A stretch of DNA of 64,000 bases from Octopus vulgaris. Taxonomy: Eukaryota. A program made the position numbers and the translations under genes. Below are positions 25,304 to 39,497 of the stretch, piece by piece; the first letter of the stretch is position 1; every line of letters begins with the position of its first letter. The stretch is from NCBI GenBank assembly GCA_951406725.2, contig OX597816.1, positions 156,240,001-156,304,000 on the forward strand, written 5' to 3'. Under the pieces are notes generated by a model. It made no database searches. It was not told where the DNA came from and saw nothing but the letters and a program-made list of their open reading frames with translations.

Positions 25304-25381
25304 CATATATACATCTATACATATATATGTATGCATATATATATTGATATATGTATCTACTTAGATATGTAGGAACGTATA

Positions 25382-25425
<44 letters not shown>

Positions 25426-26554
25426 CGTTTGCATATATTTATATTTGTGTGTTTAAGAGTGTGTCTATGTGTACTTTTCGAGTTTATTTGACCAAAGTCA
25501 GAAACTGAGGACAACCACCATCTTTTCAATTCTATAATGTAAAATAAGCTTAAATTATTTTGTCTAGTATTAGATACATTTAGCAACAAAACAATCATCG
25601 ATATACACACGCTTACTCATTTACACACAGACATATATGAGAATTTCTATAATTTACCCCTCTCGTACTCCACTCCTAAGACAGTGATCAACAAGAATCT
25701 ATAGACGAAGCCACTTGCTAAAATTGCTGTGCAGTTATAGTGAACTTGATAGTACGTAATTTTGAAACTATGTACTTAATCACTTAATGAAGCCTGCGTC
25801 TTTACACACAAACACGCGTACATCTACGCACACATTCACACATTTGTATGCAAAGATAACTTTAATGTAAGAATAGTAAATATATTTTTAAATGCGGACG
25901 TTATCTGGAATATACCTCAACGTGTCGGTTGCATTGGATACAAATGTTCATCATAACACAAATTGACAATCGATAGACACAATAATTGGCGTCGTGTAGT
26001 GTTTTTACCACCTCATTTTCAATACCATTATATAAATTCAAAATGAAAGGCTACAAGTTCACTAAATGGAGAGAAACAGGTAATATTTCAATTAAAGACA
26101 TTTTATTAATACTACAAATCTGTCCTGTTGATCTTTCTTTCTCTCGCGAAGTGATAAAACTATGGCGTAGTTATCTTATTTATCTTTCACGACAGCGAAC
26201 CTATATAATTAAAGGTATATTTATAAATCATGGCTTTATTACAAAGGTATAGCACACTTCTCAATACAAAATTAAGGATTTCCACATGTCCCAACCACTT
26301 TCTATCTCCCTCTCTTTTCTGTATTGCTCTCTTAGACACTCATTCTCTCCGTGACTTTCGACATTTGTAAATGTCATCCTGTGGTATTTAATCGATAAGC
26401 GTTATATTTATATGAACTCGGACACAGTGAAGAGTCTCTCTTTAAAGGAGAGGCCAATGCATTTTATCTTCTCTTGAGTTATTACATGAAAACTAAATAT
26501 TTCGTTATGATCAAGTAACATGTTAGACAGGGAGACGATACTTATGATTAAAGT

Positions 26555-26790
26555 GGAGGCGCAATGGCCCTGTAGTTAGGGCAGCGGACTCGCGGTCATA
26601 GGATCGCGGTTTCGATTCCCAGACCGGGCGTTGTGAGTGTTTATTGAGCGAAAACGCCTAAAGCTCCACGAGGCTCCGGCAGGGGATGGTGGTGATCCCT
26701 GCCGTACTCTTTCACCACAACTTTCTCTCACTCTTACTTCCTGTTTCTGTTGTACCTTGTATTTCAAAGGGCCGGCCTTGTCACTCTCTG
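26555..26790 (+). mobile_element. tRNA-derived SINE, family C, 3'-truncated
   Basis: GGAGGCGCAATGGCCCTGTAGTTAGG (A box) and GGTTTCGATTCCC (B box), followed by a non-tRNA body. Confidence 0.8.
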
Positions 26791-27358
26791 TAACCGACGG
26801 AGTGCTTCCATCCACTTATGATTAAACTGCACTTACATATTTTGATTTCAAATATGCGGAATAAGCATTGGAAATACTTTTGACTGGAATATTTTTCCTG
26901 AAGTTAAAGGGATGATGCTAAATACATTTTATAGTATCAGACACTGATTTCAAAAATGCTCTTTACTTTGCACAGTTGAGCAGTTAGCAAGGAAATCGCA
27001 AAGGTTGTAAAGAGTTAATAAACTAACTTTGAAATATCACTTCTTTATTCAAGCCATGTAATCATTTACTAATCAGACAATGTGTGGAGGATTTGCAAAC
27101 AGTTACTACAATTCGCATAGTAATGGAATAGTTTCAGGTCTTCATTGTAGTAGTGATGAAGGATTGAATCCTCTCTTTGTTTGACAGCCATTTTACTTAA
27201 AATGATTTAATGCCAAAGCCAAACTTCTTGAGATGATGAAGTGCTTGTGAGTATATAAATTGCAGATAGTAATTAGAAACAAAATTAATTATCAACTTTA
27301 TATACCGAATACACACATACTTTGATGCATACACAATACACACATACCCATTCAGATA

Positions 27359-27413
<55 letters not shown>

Positions 27414-27754
27414 CATACACATTTTCATATATGTATATATATGCATATATATAATATACACATGCACACACATATAGCTGTACAAACACACGCATGCTCA
27501 CGCGTCCCCACCACCCACCTGCATGTGTATATACGAGTATTTTCATCTATGGTTGAATGCGTACTTTTGTACATGTATATGTAATTATTTCAGCATATAA
27601 TAAATGTGGTCTTACCTGTGCTGCAACGAAAGACGCTTAAATTAAGCAGCTTACCTGAAACGAGAAAAGTAGGCAATACAGAAAATAGCTTTAGTTATTT
27701 TTTAAAGCAATAACAAAACATTTGTAACCTTGCCCATCATCACCATCAACATTT

Positions 27755-27774
27755 TGTTGTTGTTGTTGTTGCTG

Positions 27775-27847
<73 letters not shown>

Positions 27848-27880
27848 TAGGATTATTATTATTGTTATTGCTATTATTAT
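27755..27880. repeat. (TTG)n/(TTA)n microsatellite
   Basis: Directly visible. Confidence 0.95.
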
Positions 27881-28490
27881 TGGGTGAGAGAGCAGTGCAT
27901 GTCATCAACGTGACACTGGGGTAAAATGTACGAATCCCAGTATACCCATCATGACTACCCGTCTGATAAGGTTACACCAGGCACATGCATCACAACCACA
28001 TGTGCGTGACATGGTGATCCCATATCAATATAAACAGCACATGACCTTGCAGTTGGGGACCAGTTAGAATTTTTTCTGGTCGAGTAACCCATCCTGCCCA
28101 AAAGATCCCTGAATAAGGATTTTAAAGATTGTTGAACGAAACAACCATGTTTCCAAAGGTGAATTATCCAAACCTCTAAGAATTCCTTTCAACACACGGC
28201 TATGATGCTCCCCCACTACCTCTGCTCGTTTTCAGAGAAGCACATATCGTCAGCCACTAAGGGACATGTTCAAGTGGTTAAGGTCAAACAACTGACAAGC
28301 AAATCTATGGTATTGAGCAGAATATTTGCTGTAGGCCATATTTTATACCAAGACAAAACAATATATATGATTACACTTCCAATCAGTTAAGATCAGGAGC
28401 CATGTGAACCACTATGTGGTACTGCATCAGGGCGAGTGCCACTGCCTGGGACTGCATCAAGGCAAGAGCCACTATGTGGTACTGCATCAG
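27881..28490 (-). mobile_element. About 610-bp non-coding interspersed element embedded in (TAA)n, possibly a Dong/R4-related 3' UTR or non-autonomous derivative
   Basis: A GC-richer block with sharp borders and (TTA)n on both sides; no ORF; a 30-bp triplication at one end. The strand is inferred. Confidence 0.55.
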
Positions 28491-28509
28491 TATTATTATT
28501 ATTATTGTA

Positions 28510-28584
<75 letters not shown>

Positions 28585-28620
28585 CATTATTATTGTTGTT
28601 GTTGTTGTTGTTGTTGTTAT
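28491..28620. repeat. (TTA)n/(TTG)n microsatellite
   Basis: Directly visible. Confidence 0.95.
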
Positions 28621-28814
28621 GAACATTGTTGTTTTGTTATGAAAACTTATACTATTGAAGCTGTAAGCGTTACAAATGCTAAGCTTTGTATATTGTTTTT
28701 CTTTTAATTCCCATGATGCTGAAATGCTCTGCCATGGATGGAAATATGTTGGATGAAATATTCATGAATAATGAACAATGGAATGTAAGCCTAATTTGAT
28801 ACCACTAAAATAGG

Positions 28815-28882
<68 letters not shown>

Positions 28883-29468
28883 GAATGCAACAAGAGAAGT
28901 AATTAGGCTTATTGAAAGTTCTGATTTCAATATTAAGGCATGATGCGAATTCAGATATTAAATGTTGCATCGAATATACACACAAAGGTAACTTGTAAGT
29001 AACTTAGGGTGATTTTTCATTCAAAGAAAATGGTTTTTGTCGTGAATTGACTCTATTACTCTGCATCAGTATATGTTAAAAGTTGCTGCTATGCAATATT
29101 CATGATATGTACGTTATATCCCCCGACTACGCACGCACAAATATATATATATATATATATATAATCGCCGTAAGTTAACCTGCTATATATATATATATAT
29201 ACTTGCATTGTTAGCATCATAAGAATTTATAAACTTTCGATAGAATCTGGAATAATTTTCTTTTGGAATTGGTTCTCGAAGTACATGTAAAGCTATATTT
29301 ACGTGCTATTAACTGTAGCTTTGTACTTTTCGAAAACAAATTACCCAAAAGATTCACACGCACACACACACATACATACATACACAGATACATACTTACA
29401 TACATGCATACATACAAACATGCATACATACATACATACATACATACATACATACATACATACATACA

Positions 29469-29515
<47 letters not shown>

Positions 29516-30004
29516 GCGTGCCATCAAAATAGTAGTGATGTAGTGCCATCGTCAGCTGCACAAATAAATAAATATAATTTTAACTAGTCGGCTAGGTATG
29601 ATCATGAGTATTGTCATATACCTACCTTTTAGAGTAACTGTCTATAAAAGTGACTGGGTAGGGGAAGACTCTAAATCATGATGTTAATTACGAATTAAAG
29701 AGGCAAGACGTTAAGAAATCTAGCATGTTAACACAAGGAAATTTTATCTTGGGGCAGTATGGGTGACGGCTTATAAATAATATTGCTATGTATAAGTATT
29801 ATTCTTCATTAAGAATGTTATTGACAGTGACTTCGAAGTTTCCACCAGTTATGCACCCACAAACTTGCCCACACACAGACGAACACACACACACGCACAC
29901 ACACACATGTATATATTTGATAGATAGATAAATCGATAGATAGATAGATAAATAGATATAAAATAAAAAGCACAAACTGCCCCGATGGTGAATATCCTGG
30001 TTAC

Positions 30005-30330
30005 TTTCAATTGGTATTTCATTAGAAATGAGTTAATTCCATAATTATGTAATAAAGATGTATAATTAATATAAATTAAATTGAATTAAATTTTAAAGCT
30101 GTTTATCTCAACTCATCAGAAATATTAAGTGTGATACTAATCACAGAGCGTTGCTGGTAATTAAACGGCCTATCATTAGCATCTTCCTTAATATTCCTGA
30201 TAATTTGGTACAACCATTGCTTGAAATTAATAAAATTAAAATTAGTTTAGATTAATTAATTATACATCTTAATTACATAATTTTGGAATTAATGATGTTT
30301 ATTCATATTGAAACAGCTGTTGAATGTAAT
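30005..30330. repeat. Diverged inverted repeat pair carrying hammerhead-like cores (PLE pLTR-like)
   Basis: TTAATTCCATAATTATGTAATAAAGATGTATAATTAAT (about 30033) is mirrored at about 30255-30292. CATCAGAAATATTAAG is mirrored by CTTAATATTCCTGATA. Confidence 0.7.
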
Positions 30331-31528
30331 TAGAATATAAAATAGTGAAATTTCTGCATTTCTTATTTCGTTCTACAAATACGTCGCTCGTAAGGATCAT
30401 TTTAGCTGATTATGTATATACTTGCAACATTTTTTCACAAGGTTTACTTTAATGTTACAACGTGTTGAATTCTAACGACCTATTAGTGATTGAGTTCTAA
30501 ATTACACTGGATAGATTGGCGTCACTATAGGTCGTATTTCACTGAATATATGTAGACGATCCGTAGTAGCTCATCTGTATGCTGATCTATCTACTAATGT
30601 TACGTATAAACTGAAAGACTGCAATATAAACAGGCTCTTCATTAAGCCCGATGTGTAGTCTTCTATAGCCACAAAAGAATACTAGATTATTCTAAATTGC
30701 TAATATTTTATTCTAGATACAATGATAAAATATCAGTGAAATGTTTTGATATTATGTATGTACTTCATCCAACATAGTCTAGGTAAAACATCAACTGACT
30801 TTCTCAATTATTGCACATGCCAATGTGGGAGAAAGAAACATCGTATATCTTAATTTAATTCTCACCGAAAAGCCATGAACAGCTCATAAAATAAAATAGA
30901 TTATGCATTATGCGTAATAGAACAAATCGTATTATTAATAGACTACAATATATGAAATGAACTGCATGAAAAATGAAGCAATAAAGACATGCAAGTATCT
31001 CAATGAATAACAATTTAATAACGTAAATTAATATTGAAAAGGGAAAAGTTGGAAACACGATGATTGTTATGTTAAATTGGGCACAGATAAAAACATATAC
31101 CGCTCTTTTCTATAATTTCAACATTTACCTATGACGATATTTAATCTAAATTTTTATTTTACTATACATGACAAAGCCAGATAGAAAATTTCTGTACATC
31201 CAGCTTTGTAATTTCTTTTCAAAGATATTACAGTTTTCGTTGTTGAAGATTCCCGAAACAAATCCCTCCGAAAAGTACACTGCATGGTACCAAATGTTAT
31301 AAACCAGTTTCTTGGTGGAATTCCGACGCATACTAGACATTTAAATATTTATGTAAGAATAAATACTGAAAGAGATTCATGGCATATGCATTCTTATGGA
31401 AATCTGAAACGATAGAATTTTAATATTTGAGCAGAACCATAACAGATGATAATTCATAAAAGATACACGTAAAATTATGAACTACAACAGCTAGACCAGC
31501 TCCTGTTTGGAATTATAATCGAATTAGC

Positions 31529-31601
<73 letters not shown>

Positions 31602-31624
31602 TGATGATGATAACAATAGTGATT

Positions 31625-31802
31625 TCTAATTTTGGCTGAAGGCCAGCACACCCAGGAAAAGAAGTAGGTCGATTACATTAGCCCCAGTGATCAACTGGTA
31701 CTTATTTTGTCAAACCCGAAAGGGTGAAGATCAAAGTCGACTTCGTCGGAATTTGAACTCAGAACGTAAAGATGGACAAAACGTCGCTTTTTTTGCCCGG
31801 CG
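31625..31802 (-). mobile_element. SINE family A in reverse orientation
   Basis: AACTGGTACTTATTTT..CCCGAAAGG.TGAA..CAAAGTCGAC.TCG.CGGAATTTGAACTCAGAACGTAAAGA is the reverse complement of the 41718 copy. An (AAT)n tract at 31530-31600 lies just beyond its 3' end. Confidence 0.85.
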
Positions 31803-32029
31803 ATAAAAAGTCGATAAAAGCAAACAACATCAGAAAACATGTATATAGGGAGAACGTTTCATAAAAAGTGTAAAGTCTATGGAATTTGGAATGAGACACA
31901 TCGTTACAGAATCTCCCAGGTTGGCCAAGGGAGAATGTAAGAGAATGTAAGAGATAAAGGTGTGACCAAGTTAAAGTATTCTTCTCTTCCCTCAGACCCT
32001 TAACCTAAGGGGCATATTCGTGATGCGTC

Positions 32030-32200
32030 AGTTGGAGTGAGAACTGCACCAAGAATCAGCTTGTCGTCTTTTCCTGGCGTGAAAATTGTAGCAATGGGAA
32101 TTAAAGTTCCTTGCACAAGAACACAAATTACTACTCTTTCCAGCAGTTGAACCCATTATCCTAAGCCAAACACTCTAACTGCTAGATTAAGCGCACTCAT
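32030..32200 (-). mobile_element. Degenerate tRNA-SINE head fragment
   Basis: AAAGTTCCTTGCACAAGAACACAA..TTGAACCC..CACTCTAAC..AAGCGCACTC is the reverse complement of a tRNA-SINE head similar to the one at 1531. Confidence 0.45.
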
Positions 32201-32283
32201 TCATGAATATATTCGTGTTTAGGAGTGTGTATGTGTCTGTGCATGCATGCAAGTATATATGAACCTATATATATATATGTATA

Positions 32284-32513
32284 GGCGGCGAGCTGGCAGA
32301 AACGTTAGCACGCCGGGCGAAATGCGTAGCCGTATTTCGTCTGCCGGTTACGTTCTGAGTTCAAATTCCGTCGAGGTCGACTTTGCCTTTCATCCTTTCG
32401 GGGTCGATAAATTAAGTACCAGTTACGCACTGGGATCGATGTAATCGACTTAATCCGTTTGTCTGTCCTTGTTTGTCCCCTCTGTGTTTAGCCCCTTGTG
32501 GGTAGTAAAGAAA
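32284..32513 (+). mobile_element. tRNA-derived SINE family A, well preserved
   Basis: GGCGGCGAGCTGGCAGAAACGTTAG (A box) and GAGTTCAAATTCC (B box); near-identical to 41718 over the first about 170 bp, with a different 3' tail. Confidence 0.9.
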
Positions 32514-33001
32514 TATATATATGTATGTATGCATGTATGCATATGTATATATTTACCAGTCTGCTTAGTCAAGGAAGTGGTTGTAATCTACAACCATGTG
32601 AAAAAGTGGAATGTGACTAGCGTTGTAATCAGTAAATTGAAACTACAAACTGAAAGTGCCCAGAGTGAGACAGACACAAGTAATTTCAAACAATTCACAT
32701 TCTGAAGAACATATTTCATGTATATCTGTATATGTACATTTATAAATATGTCACACATGTAGTAATTCTCAAAACAATGTAATACAGTCTCAAGACTCAA
32801 AAGAAGAATCTATATTCTGTTCAATTAGATTATATAAAAATACACTCAAGCGTACAGACACCCACATCCACGCACACACATAATCCTGTAAACAAACAAA
32901 CATATACACATACACACACTCATACTTATGTGTATATATATAAACATATATGTATATAAATATATATATATACATATTTATATAGTATTAGTATATATAC
33001 A

Positions 33002-33053
<52 letters not shown>

Positions 33054-33127
33054 TGTATATAAATATATATGCATATTTATATATGTATTAGTATATACAT
33101 ACATACATGTTAATATATATAAACATG

Positions 33128-33170
<43 letters not shown>

Positions 33171-34302
33171 GTGTGTATGTATGTATATATGTCTTTATGT
33201 ATGTTTGTCTTGCGTGTGAGTTTGTGAAAGAATACATAGAAGCGTACAATTGTATATGTCAACATATGTGATGCATTCGTATACATTCGCAAATATAAGA
33301 TGTATGCATATATGCATAGATACATACACATACACTTATTAGAATTTCCGTCAACTCCAACAGTAACCAGACATCCAACTATTGTATTGAGTTAATAAAT
33401 TTAATTGGTGCCTTTTTTCCTTTTTTTTTTTTAGCAGTATTTGTTCGGCTCTGTCTTTAGTTGCTTTTGTTCGGATATTGATTGATTATTATAAATTTTT
33501 TTTCATTTCCTTCCGTCTCTCTTTTCGCTATTTTTCTTATAACTCCTTTATCACAATCTTGATAAGAACGCAGGTGTCAAATTCATAACAAATTCAACAA
33601 AAGTGATATTCTAATCTGGAAGATGAAATCATCGATTTTTTAAACTGATTGATATGACCATTCTGTGTGTTTTTTTTAATGGTATTGGCTATTTGTGTAT
33701 ATTTGTTTTGTGTGCATTTTCGATTTCATACATACATACATACCTACATACATACATACATACATACATACATACATACATACATACATACATACATAGG
33801 TATACATATATATGTATACTTATATAAGTATGTGTGCATATATGAGTGTGTTCTTTCTATGTACATTTATGTTTATGTGTGTCTGTATATATGTATATAT
33901 ATATATATATATATGCACACACATGTATGTATACATGTATCTGTTTAAATAAGTCTTCTATTATAATTATATGTACATGAATACATCTTTTGTTTAACTT
34001 TGTTTAAATGTTCTTTGCCTATACAAAATCTTTTGCAAGGGGACCTCTTCTATATGATGATTTTGCTACATATATCAATATACTTTATCGTTATTTTTCA
34101 ACTAATGAATCTATCACCCCCCCCCCCATTTCTTCGTGATTTGTATGATTCTTTATTCCTATTTTGAATAACCAATCATCAAAATATCAGTCGAATAGGC
34201 ACATTTAGATGAATGCATACTTGTTGATAATGTGATGTATGGTAAGAAGCATACGCGTTTCGGGTAAATATATATACGGTTACAATACATAAATATCTTG
34301 TA

Positions 34303-34348
<46 letters not shown>

Positions 34349-34446
34349 GCATGGACACATACAGATGTATATAAATTGCCATAATATACACACACACACA
34401 CACACATACATACACAAACAGACACACACATATGCATATATATACA

Positions 34447-34878
<432 letters not shown>

Positions 34879-35392
34879 ATATATACATGTATATGTATAT
34901 ATAATGCAGTGGAGTTACCTTTTAATTTAAAAAAAAAAAAGGAAAATTGCCTCGACCACTTATTTTCATTTCAAATGTCTTCCATACACATATTTCAAAA
35001 GCACATTCTATTTTCTCCCTCTTTTCATGTCTATGGTTTGCTGACTTTATATATTTTTCTTATTTTATCACGTTGCCTTCCGAAATGAGCTATCCATTTC
35101 TCCTTTCCATATCACATATTCTGTGCTTCTCACTTTCTTATCTACTAGTCCGCTATTTATTCTACTCTCTCACTGTTTAAATTTTTTATGTTTAGCGAAC
35201 ATAGCACGTCCATTTATCACTATTTCTCACTTTTGCACCTCCATCAACACATATTAGCTTCATGCAGCTCCTTTAATCTTCTTTTGTAGCGTAGATCTGC
35301 ACCCGTCTTCTTTCTGTCATTCGGCTTCTCTCTTGGCTTCATACATATAATTTTAAAGAGATAGAGATAGATAAAGAGATAGAGAGAGGGAG

Positions 35393-35467
<75 letters not shown>

Positions 35468-35561
35468 TAATGAGAGAGACAAGCATACGCGCGCACGAAT
35501 GCACACAACACTGTCTTCATACTCCTAGAAACAGAAGTACCCCACAATCTCTCTCTGTATG

Positions 35562-35616
<55 letters not shown>

Positions 35617-35679
35617 ATATGTATATATATATATATATGTGTGTGTATATACATATCTATATGGACGCATATATGTACG

Positions 35680-35722
<43 letters not shown>

Positions 35723-35959
35723 TTATGTATTTATGTATTTATGTATGTATGTATGTATGTATGCATGTATGTATGCATGTATGTGTGTGTGTTGTGTTGT
35801 TATGATGTTCGTCGGACATATTGACCAGGAGAAACAAGTACATTTCGGCCGCTTTATTGAATAATGCACACTCTAGTCTGAGAACAGAGTAGAAAAGCTG
35901 AGTCACATATATTTTATATCTGTGTGCCTGGATGGGCTTCTGCAAGAAATCTATCCGTT

Positions 35960-37215
35960 TTGCAGTCAAAATGCATGAAATTCGGATATTTGACCTTTGC
36001 ATGTTACCTCAAATCTTAGAACATGCAGTATGGATGACGGATAATGAGAGGTGAGATTAGTCAATGGTGATTATCTGAAGGCCACAGTGAGAGATATATC
36101 TTTGGTTGGAAGAGAAAACCAATAGAAAACCTTGCTTACATGGTGTAGATTTCGAATTCAGAAATGAGAGAGAGAGCAGACTTCACAACCTGTTTTCTGA
36201 CTTCAGTAAGAGACTGATGGTTCTTCTCTCCACGGTGAATACCTAATATATATACGGCAAGTACCAGGGAAGAGTTTGAGCTGAACCCCAAAACAAGACA
36301 ACATCAACTTGCTAGGCTTTCTCACTGCAAATTATTCCTTGACTTTGGAAAAGCACAATTCTAATAGGGTTAGCGAGAAATAGTATCTCCAATAATGTTA
36401 GGCTCTAAACTAAACGCAAGGAGTAAACATTACTAATCACCTATACATTATTTTCTTTAGAGAGACGCATGTTTCTTTTTACAAAATCCACACGATAAAT
36501 ATGATTGATTACGTGATCCGGTGGACCTAACACCTCATGAAGAAGCCAAAGATTGATCTACATACAATGACTATTGCTACATTCTCACACTGTAATTCAA
36601 CTCACTTCAATACGAAGCCAGCGGTAGAGATGATGCCAACGGAAAGAACATCAACAATAAGTGTCTCCTAGTATAAGTAGCGCACTTTTCAACGTTAGCC
36701 AAGTAAATATCGTCATACATAAATCTGAAACACTATGAGTCATATTAAAACGAATTGTGCGTTCGAAGTACAGGCTCACGGTAGGTTTTAGATTTCACAG
36801 CATGGAAAGACGATGTTTGACAAGAGCAAAACCTAATCAAGTACTTAGTATATAGAAATGGAACGGATATTTCTGCCAGCCAAACTAAGAATATGAAGCT
36901 TAAGTCAAAAGCATGTCAGCATGTAAAATCTATTGGCCAGAATCAAATACACGCAAAGCAAGTAATTTTAGCATTTCAATGCATTTTAAATCTAGCAGCT
37001 AGCATGACATAAAATGATTTATTCAGTCAATGAACAATAAAATATGGTCCTAAAACAACAGATCTTTCACAATTCAGATCGGAAGACGAAATAATCGTTT
37101 GAGATAAATAAAAAAATGCAGCATTTACAACCGATGGAAGCACGTTTCAAAGACTTGCTTCGTGATGTGTCTGCAACCAACGAAAGATCTGAGGACATAC
37201 TAAAGCAAATGGGAA
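35960..37215 (+). mobile_element. Ancient RTE-clade LINE: AP-endonuclease domain and linker
   Basis: Collinear motifs appear across stops and frameshifts: EVRL, YIFGWKRKP, LHGVDFEFRN, SKRLMVL, DNINLLG, LLITYTLF, IDYVIR, YGPK..RSED..DK and RFKDLL. They match the RTE pattern ETRL/YTFFWxGKP/HGVGFAIRN/SERLMxLR/DKLILLGDFNA/LVITNTFF/IDYVIVR/YGP..SxDG/RWxEHFxxLL. Confidence 0.75.
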
Positions 37216-39457
37216 ATTACTTAACTGTAACAACTATCATTGTAGTAATCTAAAAAGCAATCTGTTTATGAAAAAACTGTAAACTCGTAAAGCTCTGTGT
37301 TTAAAATCATTTAAAATTAAAACAGTTTATTTTTTATTTCATTATTATTTCTTGTGAAGAAATACATGAATTAGTGAAATAAATCTTATACGAGATTCAT
37401 AAACTTTCTTTACTGTTAAGATTGTTTATACTTTTTTTCACTATGGCTTATAATTCAGTTTTGTTGTTAAAGCCTTGAGTAATGAATAGAACAAAAGTAA
37501 AGAATAAACTGATTAAGGTGATTATATCTTTAGTTCATAGAATAATCTAACGTTTCAATCAAAAGATGAGACTTTTGCTTGAAAATTTCATTAATTTGTT
37601 GATAAAAGTGTTTATTTTTTATGGCGTAGTGAGATCTTGAATAGTAGCTACCATTATTATTTTGCAGGAACACCTGACAGATTAGGAAAGGGGAGGAAAT
37701 TCGTGGGTCTTCTTCAAATAAGAGACCTAGTTTGAATGATTAAGAGAAGCTGAACCTTCGAAAGCCACTTATGGATTAGGCAGCTGTGAACTGTTATTTA
37801 TACAGGCATTAAATTCAACTGAACTTAAATTTCCCTTTTAAGAGAGTTAGGTGAGATTTAATTCATTTGGCTGTTACTTTGAGCACAACCAGTAAGCAAG
37901 TAGAGGCTCCACGCTTCGATCGTCAATCTCCTAATTTATTTCCGTTGCCCTCCTTTTCTGCTTTGCTATTTAGCTTGTACAGATATATTGATTTTATGTT
38001 ATTGTTATTTGGATCTACATCAGGATTCAGTTTGTATATTATTCTGTGTTATTTGTAGAGGCTTACTGAATCATGGATTAAATGCCTGGTGAATCCTTCA
38101 ATTTTTAAAACATCAGAAAATGAGTTGATAGAAAGTTGGATGTTGTTTCGAGTAAGTCAAATAACAACGTTTGATACAGTTTGAACAACAAAAAATTTGG
38201 TAACTCCTAAAGCGTGTCAGCTTTGGGCTCAAGTAGTCATTTTATGCTTTTTCTGTTATTGAGAAGGTGGATGGCAGGACTTGATGTATTCTATCTATTT
38301 TCCTGTACGGTATTTTCATGCATTTTCTTGATAAATTATTGAATTTATATTGAATTAAGACCGAGTATGTCTTGCATTTTTCTGCTGCCCATAATATATG
38401 TAACTTTGTCTCTTTGTTAAAAATTCTTTTTATTTAAGTAATCACATTTTGGGTTCAAATATCATCGTAGATCCGTTGTGCATTAGACATAATCAAACAA
38501 CTGTTTTCGAACTCCAGTCGGTCCGAGGGCACCTTTAGCAGTGACCCTATATTCTAAGTAATAAGACCAAGTTTCAGATTCCCGCCACTATTAGAAGCTC
38601 TGAAAGAGATCTGTCCCTCCTTCTTCATTAAATGATAAAAGTAACAAAATAAAGACTAACTGTAAGAACTAGAAGTGTCTTGTACTTAAGCTTACTAACA
38701 ACTCCTAATTACGTGTGTGTTGCAGACAGACTTTTATACATAATACAAGTGTAACTAAATACAAACAGAATAATGCGTGGTGCAACAGATGTATACATAT
38801 ATAAATCAAAAGCGAAGTCCGTACGTAAAACTTACAGAAGTAAACTAAATTTTATGAAGTGAGTCAATTTCAAAAATAATTAAATAAAATCAAAGATTTT
38901 CAGTCAGACGGAATAAAACTTTAAAGAGCAGCAATTAGCAATAAAAGTCATTTACTTCTTCTCATTAAAATAAATGTATTGCAGTAACATAATAATGCTG
39001 AGCAACTAGTTTTCTTTATATATACGTGTTATATATGCATATAGACACACTTACATACATACGTACGTATACGTATGTGTGAATTTGTGTGTGTATATAA
39101 ATACATATAGACTCTCATATGTGGGTATATGAATTTGGTCCTCAGTCAGCTTTGGCTATAAGTATCGAGTTACTCGATCTATTGAGCGTTATATTATTTG
39201 ATTTGGCGTGTAAGACGTTTGAGGATTTCACAGGTTTATATGTCCTGTCACGTAATTCCCAGACTAGAATCAGAGAAATGCACAATATATAACAAGCCTA
39301 GACTTTTGAATTTCAAGTGTAATCTACCTTTTGGGTTCCACCACGGTTTCATTTTCCCCAATTACACTTAAGAGTCTTGGGCTGCCAGTGGTTATAGTAA
39401 ATGACATTTGCCCAACAAATTATTCTGTAGTCCCGAGGAAAATTTCTTCATAATTGC

Positions 39458-39497
<40 letters not shown>

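Noticed and set aside
26555-26630. Possible tRNA gene
   Set aside because: No proper acceptor stem or terminator, and it continues into a SINE body
28405-28490. CRISPR-like repeats
   Set aside because: Contiguous 30-bp tandem units without unique spacers, in eukaryotic context with no cas genes
31988-32010. TCCCTCAGACCCTTAACCT resembles mature miR-125
   Set aside because: There is a seed mismatch, no convincing 3' arm for a precursor hairpin, and it adjoins a decayed SINE
32557-32702. Minus-strand exon-like segment with AG/GT boundaries
   Set aside because: Stops in all three frames and no other support
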